DNA of 64,000 nucleotides from a bacterium. Lineage in GTDB: Bacteria; Krumholzibacteriota; Krumholzibacteriia; LZORAL124-64-63. Position 1 is the first letter of the stretch, and each line of letters starts with the position of its first letter. The stretch lies in NCBI GenBank assembly GCA_020049465.1, contig JAIFKS010000024.1, positions 210 through 64,209 of the forward strand, given 5' to 3'. The translations under genes and the position numbers were made by a program. The notes under the pieces were generated by a model. It was not told the DNA's origin. It saw nothing but the letters and a program-made list of their open reading frames with translations, and did no database searches. Shown here piece after piece: positions 1 through 11,586 of the stretch.

Positions 1-1115
1 CCGTACAGGGCTTCAGTTCGCTGCTCCGCGACGGCGACGATCTGCTGGCGCTGCAGGACAACGGCCTGGGCACCATGGCCAACAGCGCCGACAGCCCGCT
101 GCGCTGGTATCGCCTGCGGCCGGACTGGGCGGCCGGCTCCGTCAAGCTGGACGGTTTCGTCGAACTGACCGACCCCGACCGCCTGCTGCCGTTCCCGCTG
201 GCCGGCGCGGAGAATCTTCGCGAAGGCCGCCGCCTGTCGGGCGCCGACCTGGACCCCGAAGCCATGGTGGCGATGGACGACGGCACGTTCTGGATCGCCG
301 AAGAGTTCGGACCGTCGCTGGTGCATGTCGACGGCAACGGCGTGGTGCTGGAGAAGCCGGCGCTGGTGTTGCTGCCGCCGTCGCTGCGCGCGTTCGGGCG
401 CGGTTCGCCGTACCTGCGCACGCCTGACCACCCGGATCTGCGCGGACTGCGCGCCGACGCGTCGCGTCGCGATCTGGCCAATCTGCCGCGCAGCGGCGGC
501 ATCGAAGGTCTGGCCCGTTCGCCCGGAGGTGACCGCCTGTACGCCGCCGTCGAGAAGGGCATGCTCGACGACACGGACGGGCAGCGTCGCCTCATTCTCG
601 AATTCGATCCCGCGCGCCACGGCTTCACCGGCCGCTGCTGGTTCTACCGCGCCACTGCGGCAAACGTGTCGATCTCGTCGCTCGACAGCGACGGCAACGG
701 CGGCCTGCTGGTGCTCGAGCGGGACCCGGGCGAAGGCCGCGCTGCCGCCATCAAGCGCATCTACCGCGTGGTGCCCGGGCAGGTCGACGATACGGGGTAC
801 CTGGCGCGCACGCTGGTCTGCGACCTGCTGTCGCTCGACGACGACCGCGACCTGACGCGCCATGAACGCGGCTCGATCGGGCTGGGCCGGCATTTCAAGC
901 TGCCGTTCGTAACCCCGGAGTGCCTGCTGGTGGTGGACGCCTCGACGCTGATCGTGGCCAACGACAACAACTACCCGTTCAGTTCCGGCCGCCGGCCCGG
1001 CGAACCGGACGATACGGAGATCGTGCGTCTGCGGCTCAAAACGCCCCTGAACGCAGCGGGAGCGGCCGCTGTGGCGACCGCCCCCGTCGAATCCGCTGCG
1101 TCGAAACCTCAGTAG
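1..1115 (+). CDS. phytase-like esterase family protein (5' end outside window)
   Basis: Frame stays open to the window edge upstream of the listed ORF 75..1115. GC3-rich. Motifs GIEGLA, LLVLERD and ANDNNYPF resemble the esterase-like-activity-of-phytase propeller family. Confidence 0.55.
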   Translation, partial: VQGFSSLLRDGDDLLALQDNGLGTMANSADSPLRWYRLRPDWAAGSVKLDGFVELTDPDRLLPFPLAGAENLREGRRLSGADLDPEAMVAMDDGTFWIAEEFGPSLVHVDGNGVVLEKPALVLLPPSLRAFGRGSPYLRTPDHPDLRGLRADASRRDLANLPRSGGIEGLARSPGGDRLYAAVEKGMLDDTDGQRRLILEFDPARHGFTGRCWFYRATAANVSISSLDSDGNGGLLVLERDPGEGRAAAIKRIYRVVPGQVDDTGYLARTLVCDLLSLDDDRDLTRHERGSIGLGRHFKLPFVTPECLLVVDASTLIVANDNNYPFSSGRRPGEPDDTEIVRLRLKTPLNAAGAAAVATAPVESAASKPQ

Positions 1116-1573
1116 GGCGCGGACACGATCTCGCCCACGTCCGGGCTCGCCTCGCTGGGCTTCTTCACCATGTCGGAGCTCCGGCCGCTCGAAGGATGTT
1201 CCGACCCGAGCAGCTGGACGTTCCAGCCCACGAACGTGTCGCCGAAGCGCGGCCCCATCACGAGAACATTGCTGCCCTCCTGGAGCACCGCGCCCTGGCC
1301 ATCCGGTCCGGTGACCACCGACTCACGGCTCATCTGCAGCTGGTAGTCGCCCACGCGCCACCCGCTCAGGCCGTCGCGCCGGAGCACGCCGGTGTGGAAC
1401 TGCATCGACGGCAGCAGGTCGAAGCGGTGCGCCTCCTTCATCTCCGGCGGCATCTCCGTCCGGTTCGGGCTCAGCCTCTTGTTGTCCGGTTTCCGGCCCG
1501 CCTGGGCCTCGGTGGTCGCCGAGACGCCCAGCACCAGGCACAGCGACAGCGTGAGTGCGAGTTTGCGTTTCAT
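1109..1573 (-). CDS. hypothetical secreted protein, last gene of the pilus minor-pilin operon
   Basis: Internal ATG at 1573 gives MKRKLALTLSLCLVLGVSATTEAQA, a signal peptide. An AGGAGG RBS lies 7 nt upstream. No recognisable domain. Confidence 0.55.
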   Translation of the reverse strand: MKRKLALTLSLCLVLGVSATTEAQAGRKPDNKRLSPNRTEMPPEMKEAHRFDLLPSMQFHTGVLRRDGLSGWRVGDYQLQMSRESVVTGPDGQGAVLQEGSNVLVMGPRFGDTFVGWNVQLLGSEHPSSGRSSDMVKKPSEASPDVGEIVSAPY

Positions 1574-1652
1574 GGCCGATCCTCCTGTATGTCTCCCGGC
1601 GTCGGCCGCCGGCGCGCGAGGCGCCGCGCGGCCGCCGCCGTCGAGTCGCGGA

Positions 1653-4391
1653 CTACTGCACATCCGGCGCGGGCTGGACGTGGTCGAAATTCTCCTGCCA
1701 CGAGCGCACGTTCATGCGCTGGAACTGGGCCGCGATCGGCACCACGGAGATGCTCGCGTCGCTGGACTGCACCACGACGGTACCGGTCGAAAGGTCGACC
1801 ACCGGGTACGACGCGATGCCGGTTCCCAGCTCGGTGATCCGGTCGCCGAGCGAGTCCTGGTCCTCGGTCGTGCCGCCGTCCTGGTAGCGCATCTGGTAGA
1901 GGAACGAGGTTCCACCGGCCACGCAGGCATCCATGTCGGGCGCGAACGAGGTGAAGATCACCGTCTCGGCCACGACCACCGCCGGCTGGGTCACGCGCTC
2001 GCCGTCCAGGCGGTTCAGGTTGACGTACCAGCCCGTGGCCGTTCCCATCGTGGCGACGGAGCTGGTCTGGTCGCGCATGCCGGCCAGGGTGGCGGTGGCG
2101 CCGTCGTGCTTGTCGATCACGCAGATGAACTTCTGCGCGGTCGTGGTCATCATGTCGTCGTCATCGAGGTAGGCCCCGGTACCGAAGTACACGTAGACGT
2201 GGCCGTTCGGACCGTAGGAAACCGCCGGGTTGGCCGTGATCTCCACGGTCCCGCTGTAGAGCTTCGTCATGGTCCAGTTGTCCGGGTCGGAGCTGCCGCG
2301 GGTGGCCATGCGGTACACCGATCCGAGCAGGTCGGCCGCATAGACCAGGTCGACGCTCCCGTCCAGATCGACGTCCACGGCGACCGGCCGCGTCGTCTTG
2401 TTGCGCGTGAACTTGGTGGTGACGCTCAACTGCTTCGAGCCCAGCAGCGTTCCGTCCTGGATCCGGTACCCGTGCACCCACGACTCCATGTTCGTCTTGT
2501 CCAGGCCGCTGCCGACCAGGGCCACGGCCTCGCCGCCGATGGTCACGATCTCGACGTCCGAAGTGTACGTCATGCGCGTCGGCAGCGTGTTCTGCCACAG
2601 CAGCCGCGGGCTGTCCGGATCGGTCACGTCCAGCGCAAACACGTCGGCACCGCCCTGGCGCCCGCCGGAGAGCAGGACCGTCCGCCAGTCGCCGTCGAGC
2701 TGCACGTCCTTGACCGTCACCGTCTGGTCGACCGAGTACTTGTGGCAGTAGAACGAGTCGGCCATGACCGCGAAGACCGGCAGCGCGAACTCGGGCACGA
2801 AGGCCCACCGTTCGTCGCCGGAGTTCGCGTCGAACGCGTGGAGCATGCCGTCATTGGCGCCCACGTAGACCATCTTGCGCCGGCCCTGGTGGTCCTGGTA
2901 GAACTGCTGATAGCTCTCGGTCACCAGGAAGTTCGCCGGCGGTCCGACGACGACCGGCGTCGAGTGCACGATCGGGCCCAGGATCCAGCCGCGCCGGTTG
3001 CGCAGACCCAGGACGTCGTCGCCCCGGCCCCAGTTGATCAGGTCGGCGGCCTCCAGGTCGGTGCCCACGTTCATGGCCGCGCGCAGGTTGGTCGCGTTGG
3101 TCGACTGGAAGTCGAAGCGGCTGCCGCCCAGCGCGGTGAAGATCGTCCGCGACGCGGTCGTGCGCTGGCGCAGCAGTTCGCCGGCCTCCCACAGGGCGCC
3201 GTCGCCCTCCGAATACGGCAACTGGTAGCACTCCATGAAGCCGTCCCAGTCGATGGGCATGAACTTGCCGCGGTACAGCCGGTCGTCGGTGCCCTGTTCG
3301 GTCGACACCACGGCCACGGCCGAGCCGGCCGAGATGCGCCGCAGGATGTCCTGCACCGCGAACTCCAGGCTCTGCCGCAGCTCGGAGGCGTTCGTGGCCT
3401 GGAAATACAGGCCGTCGCCCTTTTCCGCCGCGGACTGCAGGATGGGCAGGTCGATGTCGTACCCCACCACATAGGTGGCGATGGTCTGGTCCCCGTCCAT
3501 GTCCGGCCGCAGGTCCTTGTGGGCCATGTACCAGATCACGTCGTCGAAGTACTCGCTGCAGTCGTAGCTGTTCGGCAGTGTCGAGCCGACGCTGGCGCAG
3601 TCACCGGGATCACGGCCGTCGCCGTCGGCGTCCTGCAGGTACGGGCTCACGTCCAGATCCATCGTGGGCTCGCCGTCGGTCACGACGATCACGAAGTTGT
3701 ACTGACAGGGCACCGTGATCGGCGCCGTCGGGCCGTCCTCGGTGAAATAGTCCAGAATGGTCTCGGACGCTTCGGCCAGCGGCGTCCAGGTGTTGGCCGT
3801 GATGCCGGCGATCTGCGCCAGCAGCGAGGTCGGGTTCACGCCGCATTGACCGATGATGCTGCCGCCATGGTCGTTCTGGAAGACCGTCAGGCCGAAGTCC
3901 AGGCGGTTCGAACGGTAGATCAGGTCCGACAGGATGACCTTCAGCAGCTGGATGCGCGTCTGCTGCGGGATCGCGGCGCGCTGATCGGCCGTCGCGTGGT
4001 AGAAGATCCAGTTCAGGTAGTTGCCCTTGTAGCGGCCGTCCTCGCCATTGTCCGAGTTCACGAGGTAGGCCGAGGGCGACGTCGCCCAGGTGGACTTGAA
4101 GCTGCTGGGTGTGTAGAGCTTGTCCTTGGTGACGTAGTAGTCCGAATTGGCGGTGAACCCGCCCGCGTAGACGATGTCCTGGTTGTAGGCCTCGTGGTAG
4201 ATGGGAGCGTTCATCGACCCCGAGTTGTCCGCCAGGATCATCACGTTGGCCCCGTTGAGTCCCTGCTTCACGAACAGCGGGATCTCGCAATCGACGGCCT
4301 GGGCGCGCACCGCCGGAAGCAGACACAGCGCCGCCAGCAGCGGCACCCATGCCGCCCTCGACAGCGTCCTGATCATCGTTTCATGTCTCAT
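1653..4391 (-). CDS. pilY1: type IV pilus tip adhesin PilY1-like (vWA domain plus PilC/PilY1 beta-propeller)
   Basis: Signal peptide MRHETMIRTLSRAAWVPLLAALCLLPAVRAQA. vWA-type MILADNSGSM. Propeller motif VGANDGMLHAFDANSGDERWAFVPE. Follows pilX in the operon. Start at 4391 chosen by RBS-like GAGAGAGG. Confidence 0.8.
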   Translation of the reverse strand: MRHETMIRTLSRAAWVPLLAALCLLPAVRAQAVDCEIPLFVKQGLNGANVMILADNSGSMNAPIYHEAYNQDIVYAGGFTANSDYYVTKDKLYTPSSFKSTWATSPSAYLVNSDNGEDGRYKGNYLNWIFYHATADQRAAIPQQTRIQLLKVILSDLIYRSNRLDFGLTVFQNDHGGSIIGQCGVNPTSLLAQIAGITANTWTPLAEASETILDYFTEDGPTAPITVPCQYNFVIVVTDGEPTMDLDVSPYLQDADGDGRDPGDCASVGSTLPNSYDCSEYFDDVIWYMAHKDLRPDMDGDQTIATYVVGYDIDLPILQSAAEKGDGLYFQATNASELRQSLEFAVQDILRRISAGSAVAVVSTEQGTDDRLYRGKFMPIDWDGFMECYQLPYSEGDGALWEAGELLRQRTTASRTIFTALGGSRFDFQSTNATNLRAAMNVGTDLEAADLINWGRGDDVLGLRNRRGWILGPIVHSTPVVVGPPANFLVTESYQQFYQDHQGRRKMVYVGANDGMLHAFDANSGDERWAFVPEFALPVFAVMADSFYCHKYSVDQTVTVKDVQLDGDWRTVLLSGGRQGGADVFALDVTDPDSPRLLWQNTLPTRMTYTSDVEIVTIGGEAVALVGSGLDKTNMESWVHGYRIQDGTLLGSKQLSVTTKFTRNKTTRPVAVDVDLDGSVDLVYAADLLGSVYRMATRGSSDPDNWTMTKLYSGTVEITANPAVSYGPNGHVYVYFGTGAYLDDDDMMTTTAQKFICVIDKHDGATATLAGMRDQTSSVATMGTATGWYVNLNRLDGERVTQPAVVVAETVIFTSFAPDMDACVAGGTSFLYQMRYQDGGTTEDQDSLGDRITELGTGIASYPVVDLSTGTVVVQSSDASISVVPIAAQFQRMNVRSWQENFDHVQPAPDVQ

Positions 4392-4446
4392 GATCGCCTC
4401 TCTCGCCGGCATGCCGGTCGTGCTTCGATTACCCCCGAAACCCAAC

Positions 4447-4908
4447 TCAGTAGCCTTCCTTGTACAGGCGGCTGACAACCACCTGCACGCCGCTCTGGCC
4501 CTGGCGGCTCGCCTGTCCCTGCGAGCCGATCTGGTAGTCGTAGTCCAGGTAGTCCACGCCCCAGCCGGGCTTGGGACGCTTTCCGGTGAAGTTGACGTCG
4601 TAGCTGAACTGCTGCGTGCCCTCGAGCACCGTCGTCGGCTCGTTGCGGACGGCCATGGTCCCGAAGTCCAGGATCTGCGGCGGCTGGTTGGAGACGCGCA
4701 CGAAGTTGATCGCCGCCTCGCCGCCGGCGTCGGCCGAGAACACCGAGCGAAGGTGCGTCGCCTCGGCCGCCGTCGTCTTCTTCTCGGATGTGGCCAGCCA
4801 GGCAGCCCCCACCGCCAGCACGCTGAGCACCAGCACCACCAGCAGCGCGGTCACCATGGCGAAGCCGTCACGGCCGGTTTCTCTTGCGGTAGTCGTCGCG
4901 TTCATCAT
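4447..4908 (-). CDS. pilX: PilX-like type IV pilus minor pilin
   Basis: Start MMNATTT at 4908. Hydrophobic N-terminal helix GFAMVTALLVVLVLSVLAVGAAW. Position between pilW and pilY1. Confidence 0.65.
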   Translation of the reverse strand: MMNATTTARETGRDGFAMVTALLVVLVLSVLAVGAAWLATSEKKTTAAEATHLRSVFSADAGGEAAINFVRVSNQPPQILDFGTMAVRNEPTTVLEGTQQFSYDVNFTGKRPKPGWGVDYLDYDYQIGSQGQASRQGQSGVQVVVSRLYKEGY

Positions 4909-4922
4909 GCTGCCATCCCGCC

Positions 4923-5522
4923 TTACTCGTTGCGCACGGCGATGCGCGTGGTGTAGGTGACCGGCTCGTGCTTGTCGGTCTCGCCGACCATGACCAGGTC
5001 GACCGAACGGATGCTGGCGCGGTCGGTGGCGCTCAGCGGCACGGCGTTCAGCAGGTTGCCGTCCTCGTCGAAATAGTTGAAGTTCACGTTCGTCAGCCCG
5101 CGCAGGATGACCGTCGCGCCGGCGCCGACATCGCGCGACAGCTCGCCGGTGCCCGGATTGAACGCATAGGTGATGTCTTCGTCCGGGTTGGTATCGATCG
5201 CGTCCGTGTCGGCGTTCAGGTCCATGCGGCAGCGGAACTGGTTGACGTCGGCCACCGGAAAGCGCTCGAAGCCGGATCCGCGCGGATCGCAGCCCGCCGA
5301 ACGCACCTCGCGCGTGACCAGCGACATCACCGCGCGCAGACCCTGCTGGTACTGCGCCTTCTGCCGCGTGCTGGTGTAGCTTTCGCGCGCCTCGGTCAGG
5401 AAACCGAACACCACGCCGATGATGACGCCGAAGATGACCAGTGCGACCATCAGTTCGACGACGGTCATGCCCGCGCGCCGCGCCTCGCGACCCGGCCGTT
5501 CCTTGTCCTGCGCCATGTCCAT
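4923..5522 (-). CDS. pilW: PilW-like minor pilin (prepilin-type N-terminal cleavage/methylation domain)
   Basis: ATG at 5522 preceded by GGAGG. N-terminus has AGMTVVELMVALVIFGVIIG. Confidence 0.7.
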   Translation of the reverse strand: MDMAQDKERPGREARRAGMTVVELMVALVIFGVIIGVVFGFLTEARESYTSTRQKAQYQQGLRAVMSLVTREVRSAGCDPRGSGFERFPVADVNQFRCRMDLNADTDAIDTNPDEDITYAFNPGTGELSRDVGAGATVILRGLTNVNFNYFDEDGNLLNAVPLSATDRASIRSVDLVMVGETDKHEPVTYTTRIAVRNE

Positions 5523-5545
5523 GCCGGCTCCTCCAGTGTGCGCGA

Positions 5546-5947
5546 TCAGCGCATCGAGACCAGGTCCGAGACCACCAGCGATTCGACGACACTCTTGTTC
5601 TGCCAGGTAGCGGTCACGGTCAGGCGATCGAGCCCGAAGCTCACATTGGCGACCTGCGCCACCCAGGTGATGTTCCCGCTCACGCCGTTCTCGTTGACGA
5701 TGTTCCCGAAGCCCTGGCTCTTCAGCCGCTCGACCTGCATCTGCGCCACGGCGATCGCCTGCGTGTGACGATCGGCCTCGCTGACTTCGCTGCGCGCCTG
5801 ATGCTGGACCACGGCGATCGGCAGCACGCCGACAGCCAGGATCACCATGACCATCATGATCTCGACCAGCGAGAAGCCCTGTCGGTCCAGGCCCCCGCCG
5901 CGCTGCGCGAACCGCGTCCGCGCCCAATGCTGCAACCTGCGCCACAT
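5546..5947 (-). CDS. pilV: PilV-like minor pilin
   Basis: Prepilin motif QGFSLVEIMMVMVILAVG. 133 aa. Operon position. Confidence 0.7.
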   Translation of the reverse strand: MWRRLQHWARTRFAQRGGGLDRQGFSLVEIMMVMVILAVGVLPIAVVQHQARSEVSEADRHTQAIAVAQMQVERLKSQGFGNIVNENGVSGNITWVAQVANVSFGLDRLTVTATWQNKSVVESLVVSDLVSMR

Positions 5948-5950
5948 GGT

Positions 5951-6367
5951 CTACTGCACCTCCACGAGACCGGTCGGCATCACCGTGATCTGCTTCGTGC
6001 CGTGCTGGTTCGTCAGCGTGAAGACCGCGGGATCGGCCATGCCCCAGGGGAAGAAGTCGGCCGACTGCTCCTGGTCCAGGCCCAGCCCGTGGTCGAAGTT
6101 GGCTTCGCGCAACACGACATCCGTCACCGGATTGACCAGCTGGTAGCCGGTCTCGGTGACGGAAAATCGAAGGATCTGGGAATTTGCGACCGACAGGGAG
6201 CGTGCGTATTGCAGGTCCGCGACCATGCGATCCGCCTGCGTGGCCAGCCGGTTGGAGGCCAGGTACCGGAAGAACGGCGGGGCCGCCATGGCCGACATGA
6301 CCCCGACGAGAGAGATCACGAGCATCATCTCCACGAGGGTAAATCCTTGTCGCTGTGCGCGTTGCAT
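5951..6367 (-). CDS. fimT: GspH/FimT family pseudopilin
   Basis: MQRAQRQGFTLVEMMLVISLVGVMSAMAAP followed by ASNRLATQADRMVADLQYARS, typical of FimT/FimU/GspH. Confidence 0.75.
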   Translation of the reverse strand: MQRAQRQGFTLVEMMLVISLVGVMSAMAAPPFFRYLASNRLATQADRMVADLQYARSLSVANSQILRFSVTETGYQLVNPVTDVVLREANFDHGLGLDQEQSADFFPWGMADPAVFTLTNQHGTKQITVMPTGLVEVQ

Positions 6368-6486
6368 CGGTACACCCTTCCCTTGCGGGATCTCCGCCGA
6401 AGCCGATAGGCCCTGCCGTCTGGTCCCGGACAGGGCTCTCCCTCGGACCTCTATCGGCCGGCAAACCGGAATCCTCAGTGAATTTC

Positions 6487-6502
6487 TGCAAGGGGTGTGC
6501 CC
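6487..6502 (-). promoter_or_regulatory. sigma-54 type -24/-12 promoter upstream of the fimT-pil operon
   Basis: Minus strand reads GGGCAC-ACCCC-TTGCA. The GG to GC offset is 12 nt, as in the TGGCAC-N5-TTGC consensus. It lies about 120 nt upstream of the fimT ATG. Confidence 0.45.
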
Positions 6503-6532
6503 CGATCCGGGGCCGGGCGGGCAATGTTGATA

Positions 6533-7873
6533 TTAAGAGTCAGCGATGAGTTCGGCGCCTTCGCGGGAGAGCAGGCGGTTCAGTTCGATTTCCGACAGCC
6601 GCAGGGTGGCCAGGCAGAAATCCCCCTCGAAGGACTGTTCGAGCACCGACTGCGTCCGGTGGAACGAGCTGAGCACGCCCAGCTTCGCCAGCGGCAGGCG
6701 CACCGTGCGGATCATCTCGCCGCCCAGACGCCGGTCCAGGATGGCGTCGCGCACCGCCGCGCCGCCCGCCGGGTCGACCCCCGAGACGAACAGCGCGCCC
6801 GGGTACATCCGGCCGTAGCGGTTGGCGAACAGCTCGCCGTCGACCAGATCGATCTTGTTGAAGACCATCAGCATCGGCTTCTGCAGCGGCTCGACGTTCC
6901 CGGCCTTGGCCTTTTTCGGCGCCAGCTCGCGCAGGACCTTGTCGACCGACGCGATCTGGTGCGCGGGATCCTCGGCCGAGGCGTCGATCACATGCACCAG
7001 CAGGTCGGCATCGCGCACCTCCTGCAGCGTCGCCTTGAAGCTCTCGACCAGATGGTGCGGCAGCTTGCGGATGAACCCCACCGTGTCGGTCAGCAGGAAC
7101 CGCCGCCGCTCGTCGACGTCCACCCGCCGCGTCGTGGCGTCCAGCGTCGCGAACAGCTGGTCCTTCACGTAGACGTCAGCCTGCGTGATGGCATTCATCA
7201 GCGTGGACTTGCCGGCGTTCGTGTAGCCGATCAGCGCCGCCTTGAAGACCTCGTCGCGCGACGCGGTCTGCGTGCGGCGGTTCGACTCGATCTCCTTGAG
7301 CTCGTTCCTGAGCACGGCGATGCGCCGGCCCAGAAGCCGACGGTCCGTCTCCAGCTGCGTTTCGCCGGGTCCGCGCGTGCCGATGCCGCCGGCCTGCCGC
7401 TCCAGATGCGACCACAGCCGCGTCAGGCGCGGCAACAGGTACTGCAGCTGGGCCAGCTCCACCTGCAGACGCGACTGCCGCGTGCTGGCATGCTTGGCGA
7501 AGATGTCCAGGATCAGTTCGGTGCGGTCCAGGATGTTGACTTCCAGGTGCTTCTCGAGATTGCGGCCCTGCGCCGGCGACAGGTCATTGTCGAAGACGAC
7601 CAGCGTGGCCTCGCGCTCGACGACCATCTCCTTCAGCTCGGCCAGCTTGCCGGAACCCAAGAATGTGGCCGACTCGGGCTTCGGCCGGGTCTGCTCGATC
7701 CTGCCGACCACTTCGGCGCCGGCCGTGTCGGCCAGGGCCGCCAGCTCCGGCAGGTCGCAGGCGCCGCCCTTGCCGCCCAGCCAGGCGTCCGGCAGGTTGA
7801 CACCGACGACGATCGCGCGCTCGCGCGGCCGTTCGGTGCTGAAGCCCGCCTGTTCGTCCTGTCTGGTTCCCAT
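6533..7873 (-). CDS. hflX: GTPase HflX
   Basis: Start MGTRQDEQ at 7873. Motifs LVVFDNDLSPAQGRNLE, LQVELAQLQY, ALIGYTNAGKSTLMN and DTVGFI. Confidence 0.9.
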   Translation of the reverse strand: MGTRQDEQAGFSTERPRERAIVVGVNLPDAWLGGKGGACDLPELAALADTAGAEVVGRIEQTRPKPESATFLGSGKLAELKEMVVEREATLVVFDNDLSPAQGRNLEKHLEVNILDRTELILDIFAKHASTRQSRLQVELAQLQYLLPRLTRLWSHLERQAGGIGTRGPGETQLETDRRLLGRRIAVLRNELKEIESNRRTQTASRDEVFKAALIGYTNAGKSTLMNAITQADVYVKDQLFATLDATTRRVDVDERRRFLLTDTVGFIRKLPHHLVESFKATLQEVRDADLLVHVIDASAEDPAHQIASVDKVLRELAPKKAKAGNVEPLQKPMLMVFNKIDLVDGELFANRYGRMYPGALFVSGVDPAGGAAVRDAILDRRLGGEMIRTVRLPLAKLGVLSSFHRTQSVLEQSFEGDFCLATLRLSEIELNRLLSREGAELIADS

Positions 7874-7875
7874 GC

Positions 7876-9823
<1,948 letters not shown>

Positions 9824-9825
<2 letters not shown>

Positions 9826-9959
9826 TTCCGGCCATGGGTGTCGGTGTGGCAGAGGTCCAGTGCAGGGGGTTGCCTGGACAGTCCTCGTCGCTGCGCTCCT
9901 GCGGATAGTCCAGGCAACCCCCTGCACTGGACCTCTGCCGCGCGGCCATGGCCGGAAAT
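9824..9959 (-). repeat. conserved-loop hairpin element, copy 1
   Basis: Outer 14-bp stem 9824-9837/9946-9959. Inner perfect 32-bp stem 9848-9879/9908-9939. The 28-nt loop 9880-9907 reads TATCCGCAGGAGCGCAGCGACGAGGACT on the minus strand. Confidence 0.8.
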
Positions 9960-10059
9960 CCGGCGCTGGCGGAGGCAATGGTCGTCTTTGGGACGGGAGT
10001 TGTCCATAGGGTTGCGAGGGCGCCCACCGACGGAGTCGAAGGCCACCGTGTCTCCGGGG

Positions 10060-10077
10060 GCTTGGGTCGGCGCAAGT
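10060..10077. repeat. 18-bp palindrome family, degenerate copy O (15/18)
   Basis: GCTTGGGTCGGCGCAAGT, just downstream of the hydrolase stop. Confidence 0.5.
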
Positions 10078-10090
10078 TTTGGTGGGGCGG

Positions 10091-11410
10091 TCAGTTTGAC
10101 GGGGACCTGCAGCCTCCCAGCACGAACCCTGCGATATCGTCGATGACCACGGGGGCCACCGGGCGCGGGGTGGCGTAGTCTTCCGGGGTGGCGCGGCCCT
10201 CACCGGCCCGCATCAGATGGTCCAGGTTTTCGTAGAGCTTGAGGCAGGCTTGCGGCCGCCCCTCCAGCGCCGCCTGCCAGCGCGCGAAATCCACCTTCGT
10301 CACCTGGTAGTCGCGCCCGCCCTGCAGCACCAGGATGGGGATGTCCAGCGCGGCGGCCTCGGTGGGGCCGTCGTGGGCCTCGAGGTCGGCGAAGTAGCCG
10401 CTCGGGACGCCCAGGGGGTCGCCGACCGCGGGCTCCGGCCCCCGCAACGCGGCCACGGCGGCCTTCAACTGGGCGAGGTGCGCCGCTTCTTCGGCCGTGA
10501 CCGTGTCGTCCAGTGCGACCAGGTACTCGGTCTGTTCGACCATGATCTCCGGCAGCGGCCTCGCGGCGCCCGCCATGATGATCACGCCGTCAGCCTTCGC
10601 CTCCGTCGCCAGGCGCGGCCCGACCATGCCACCCAGCGAGTGCCCCAGCACGAACACGCGCGCGGGGTCGATCTCCGCCCGGTTGCGCAGCAGCGCGACG
10701 GCCACCACCGCGTCGTCGATCGTCTCGTGCTGCACGGTCAGCGCCGCGCCGTGGGCCGTCAGCGATGGCAGGTTCGCGTAGCTGCGTTTGTCGTAGCGCA
10801 GCACGGCCACCCCGCGCGCGGCCAGCCCATGGGCGATGTCGCGGAACGGGCGGTTGCCCATGATGTTCTCGTCGCGGTCGCTCGGACCGCTGCCGTGCAC
10901 CAGCACCACGGCCGGGAAGGGTCCGTCGCCGTCGGGCAGCGACAGCGTGCCCGGCAGCGCGCTGTCCGCGGGCCCCACGGACACCTCGATCTCGCGCGGC
11001 CCCGCCGCGGCCGCCGGTTCGGGCGCGTGCGGCAGCAGCCCCAGTCCCGCCACGCGCGCGTCGGCATCGAGCACGACCTGGAAATCGATCGTCGTTAGTT
11101 CGCCCACCACCGGCACCCGGTACCGCCGGTAGACTCCGACATTGTCGTCATGCCACGCCGCGCCCACCGACTTGATCGCACCGGTCTGCGCCGTCACCGC
11201 GCCGAGCAGCTGCCCGATCGAGGCATCATTCATCGCCTCGCTCATCTGCGAAGTGCCCATCGCGCGCGCCGCCGCCCCGTCGCTCTTGACCAGAGCCTCC
11301 GAAAACGACCGCGCCACAGCCTCCGGCTCCGCCGCTCCGACTTGCGCCGGCGCAAGTCCCGCAAGCACCCCAATAATGAACGCCCCCGCGATCCCCAGTC
11401 CCATCCGCAT
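10091..11410 (-). CDS. secreted alpha/beta hydrolase
   Basis: Signal peptide MRMGLGIAGAFIIGVLAGLAPAQVGAA. Motifs VLVHGSGPSDRDE and nucleophile elbow GHSLGG. AAGGGGA RBS. Confidence 0.8.
   Translation of the reverse strand: MRMGLGIAGAFIIGVLAGLAPAQVGAAEPEAVARSFSEALVKSDGAAARAMGTSQMSEAMNDASIGQLLGAVTAQTGAIKSVGAAWHDDNVGVYRRYRVPVVGELTTIDFQVVLDADARVAGLGLLPHAPEPAAAAGPREIEVSVGPADSALPGTLSLPDGDGPFPAVVLVHGSGPSDRDENIMGNRPFRDIAHGLAARGVAVLRYDKRSYANLPSLTAHGAALTVQHETIDDAVVAVALLRNRAEIDPARVFVLGHSLGGMVGPRLATEAKADGVIIMAGAARPLPEIMVEQTEYLVALDDTVTAEEAAHLAQLKAAVAALRGPEPAVGDPLGVPSGYFADLEAHDGPTEAAALDIPILVLQGGRDYQVTKVDFARWQAALEGRPQACLKLYENLDHLMRAGEGRATPEDYATPRPVAPVVIDDIAGFVLGGCRSPSN
11340..11357. repeat. 18-bp palindrome, exact copy A, inside the hydrolase signal-peptide codons
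   Basis: ACTTGCGCCGGCGCAAGT. Confidence 0.95.
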
Positions 11411-11492
11411 GCCGTGTCCCCTTAGAGTGGAAGCCCCGCCTCCAACCCTACCACCCCGCGCCCCAAAAATCGCTGTTCTCCTGTATACGTCC

Positions 11493-11580
11493 GGTGGCCG
11501 GTGACAGGCAGGGGGGCTGGACTATCCGCAGGAGCGAAGCGACGAGGACTGTCCAGCTCCCCTGCCTGCCACCGGCCACC
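11493..11580 (+). repeat. conserved-loop hairpin element, copy 2
   Basis: 30-bp stem 11493-11522/11551-11580 with 2 mismatches. 28-nt loop 11523-11550 reads TATCCGCAGGAGCGAAGCGACGAGGACT. Confidence 0.8.
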
Positions 11581-11586
11581 AGCACC

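Noticed and set aside
1392-4475. 1027-aa ORF on the plus strand opposite pilY1
   Set aside because: It is a shadow ORF typical of high-GC DNA. Composition is R/G/A/H/V-rich with no motifs, and the opposite strand encodes a clearly recognisable PilY1.
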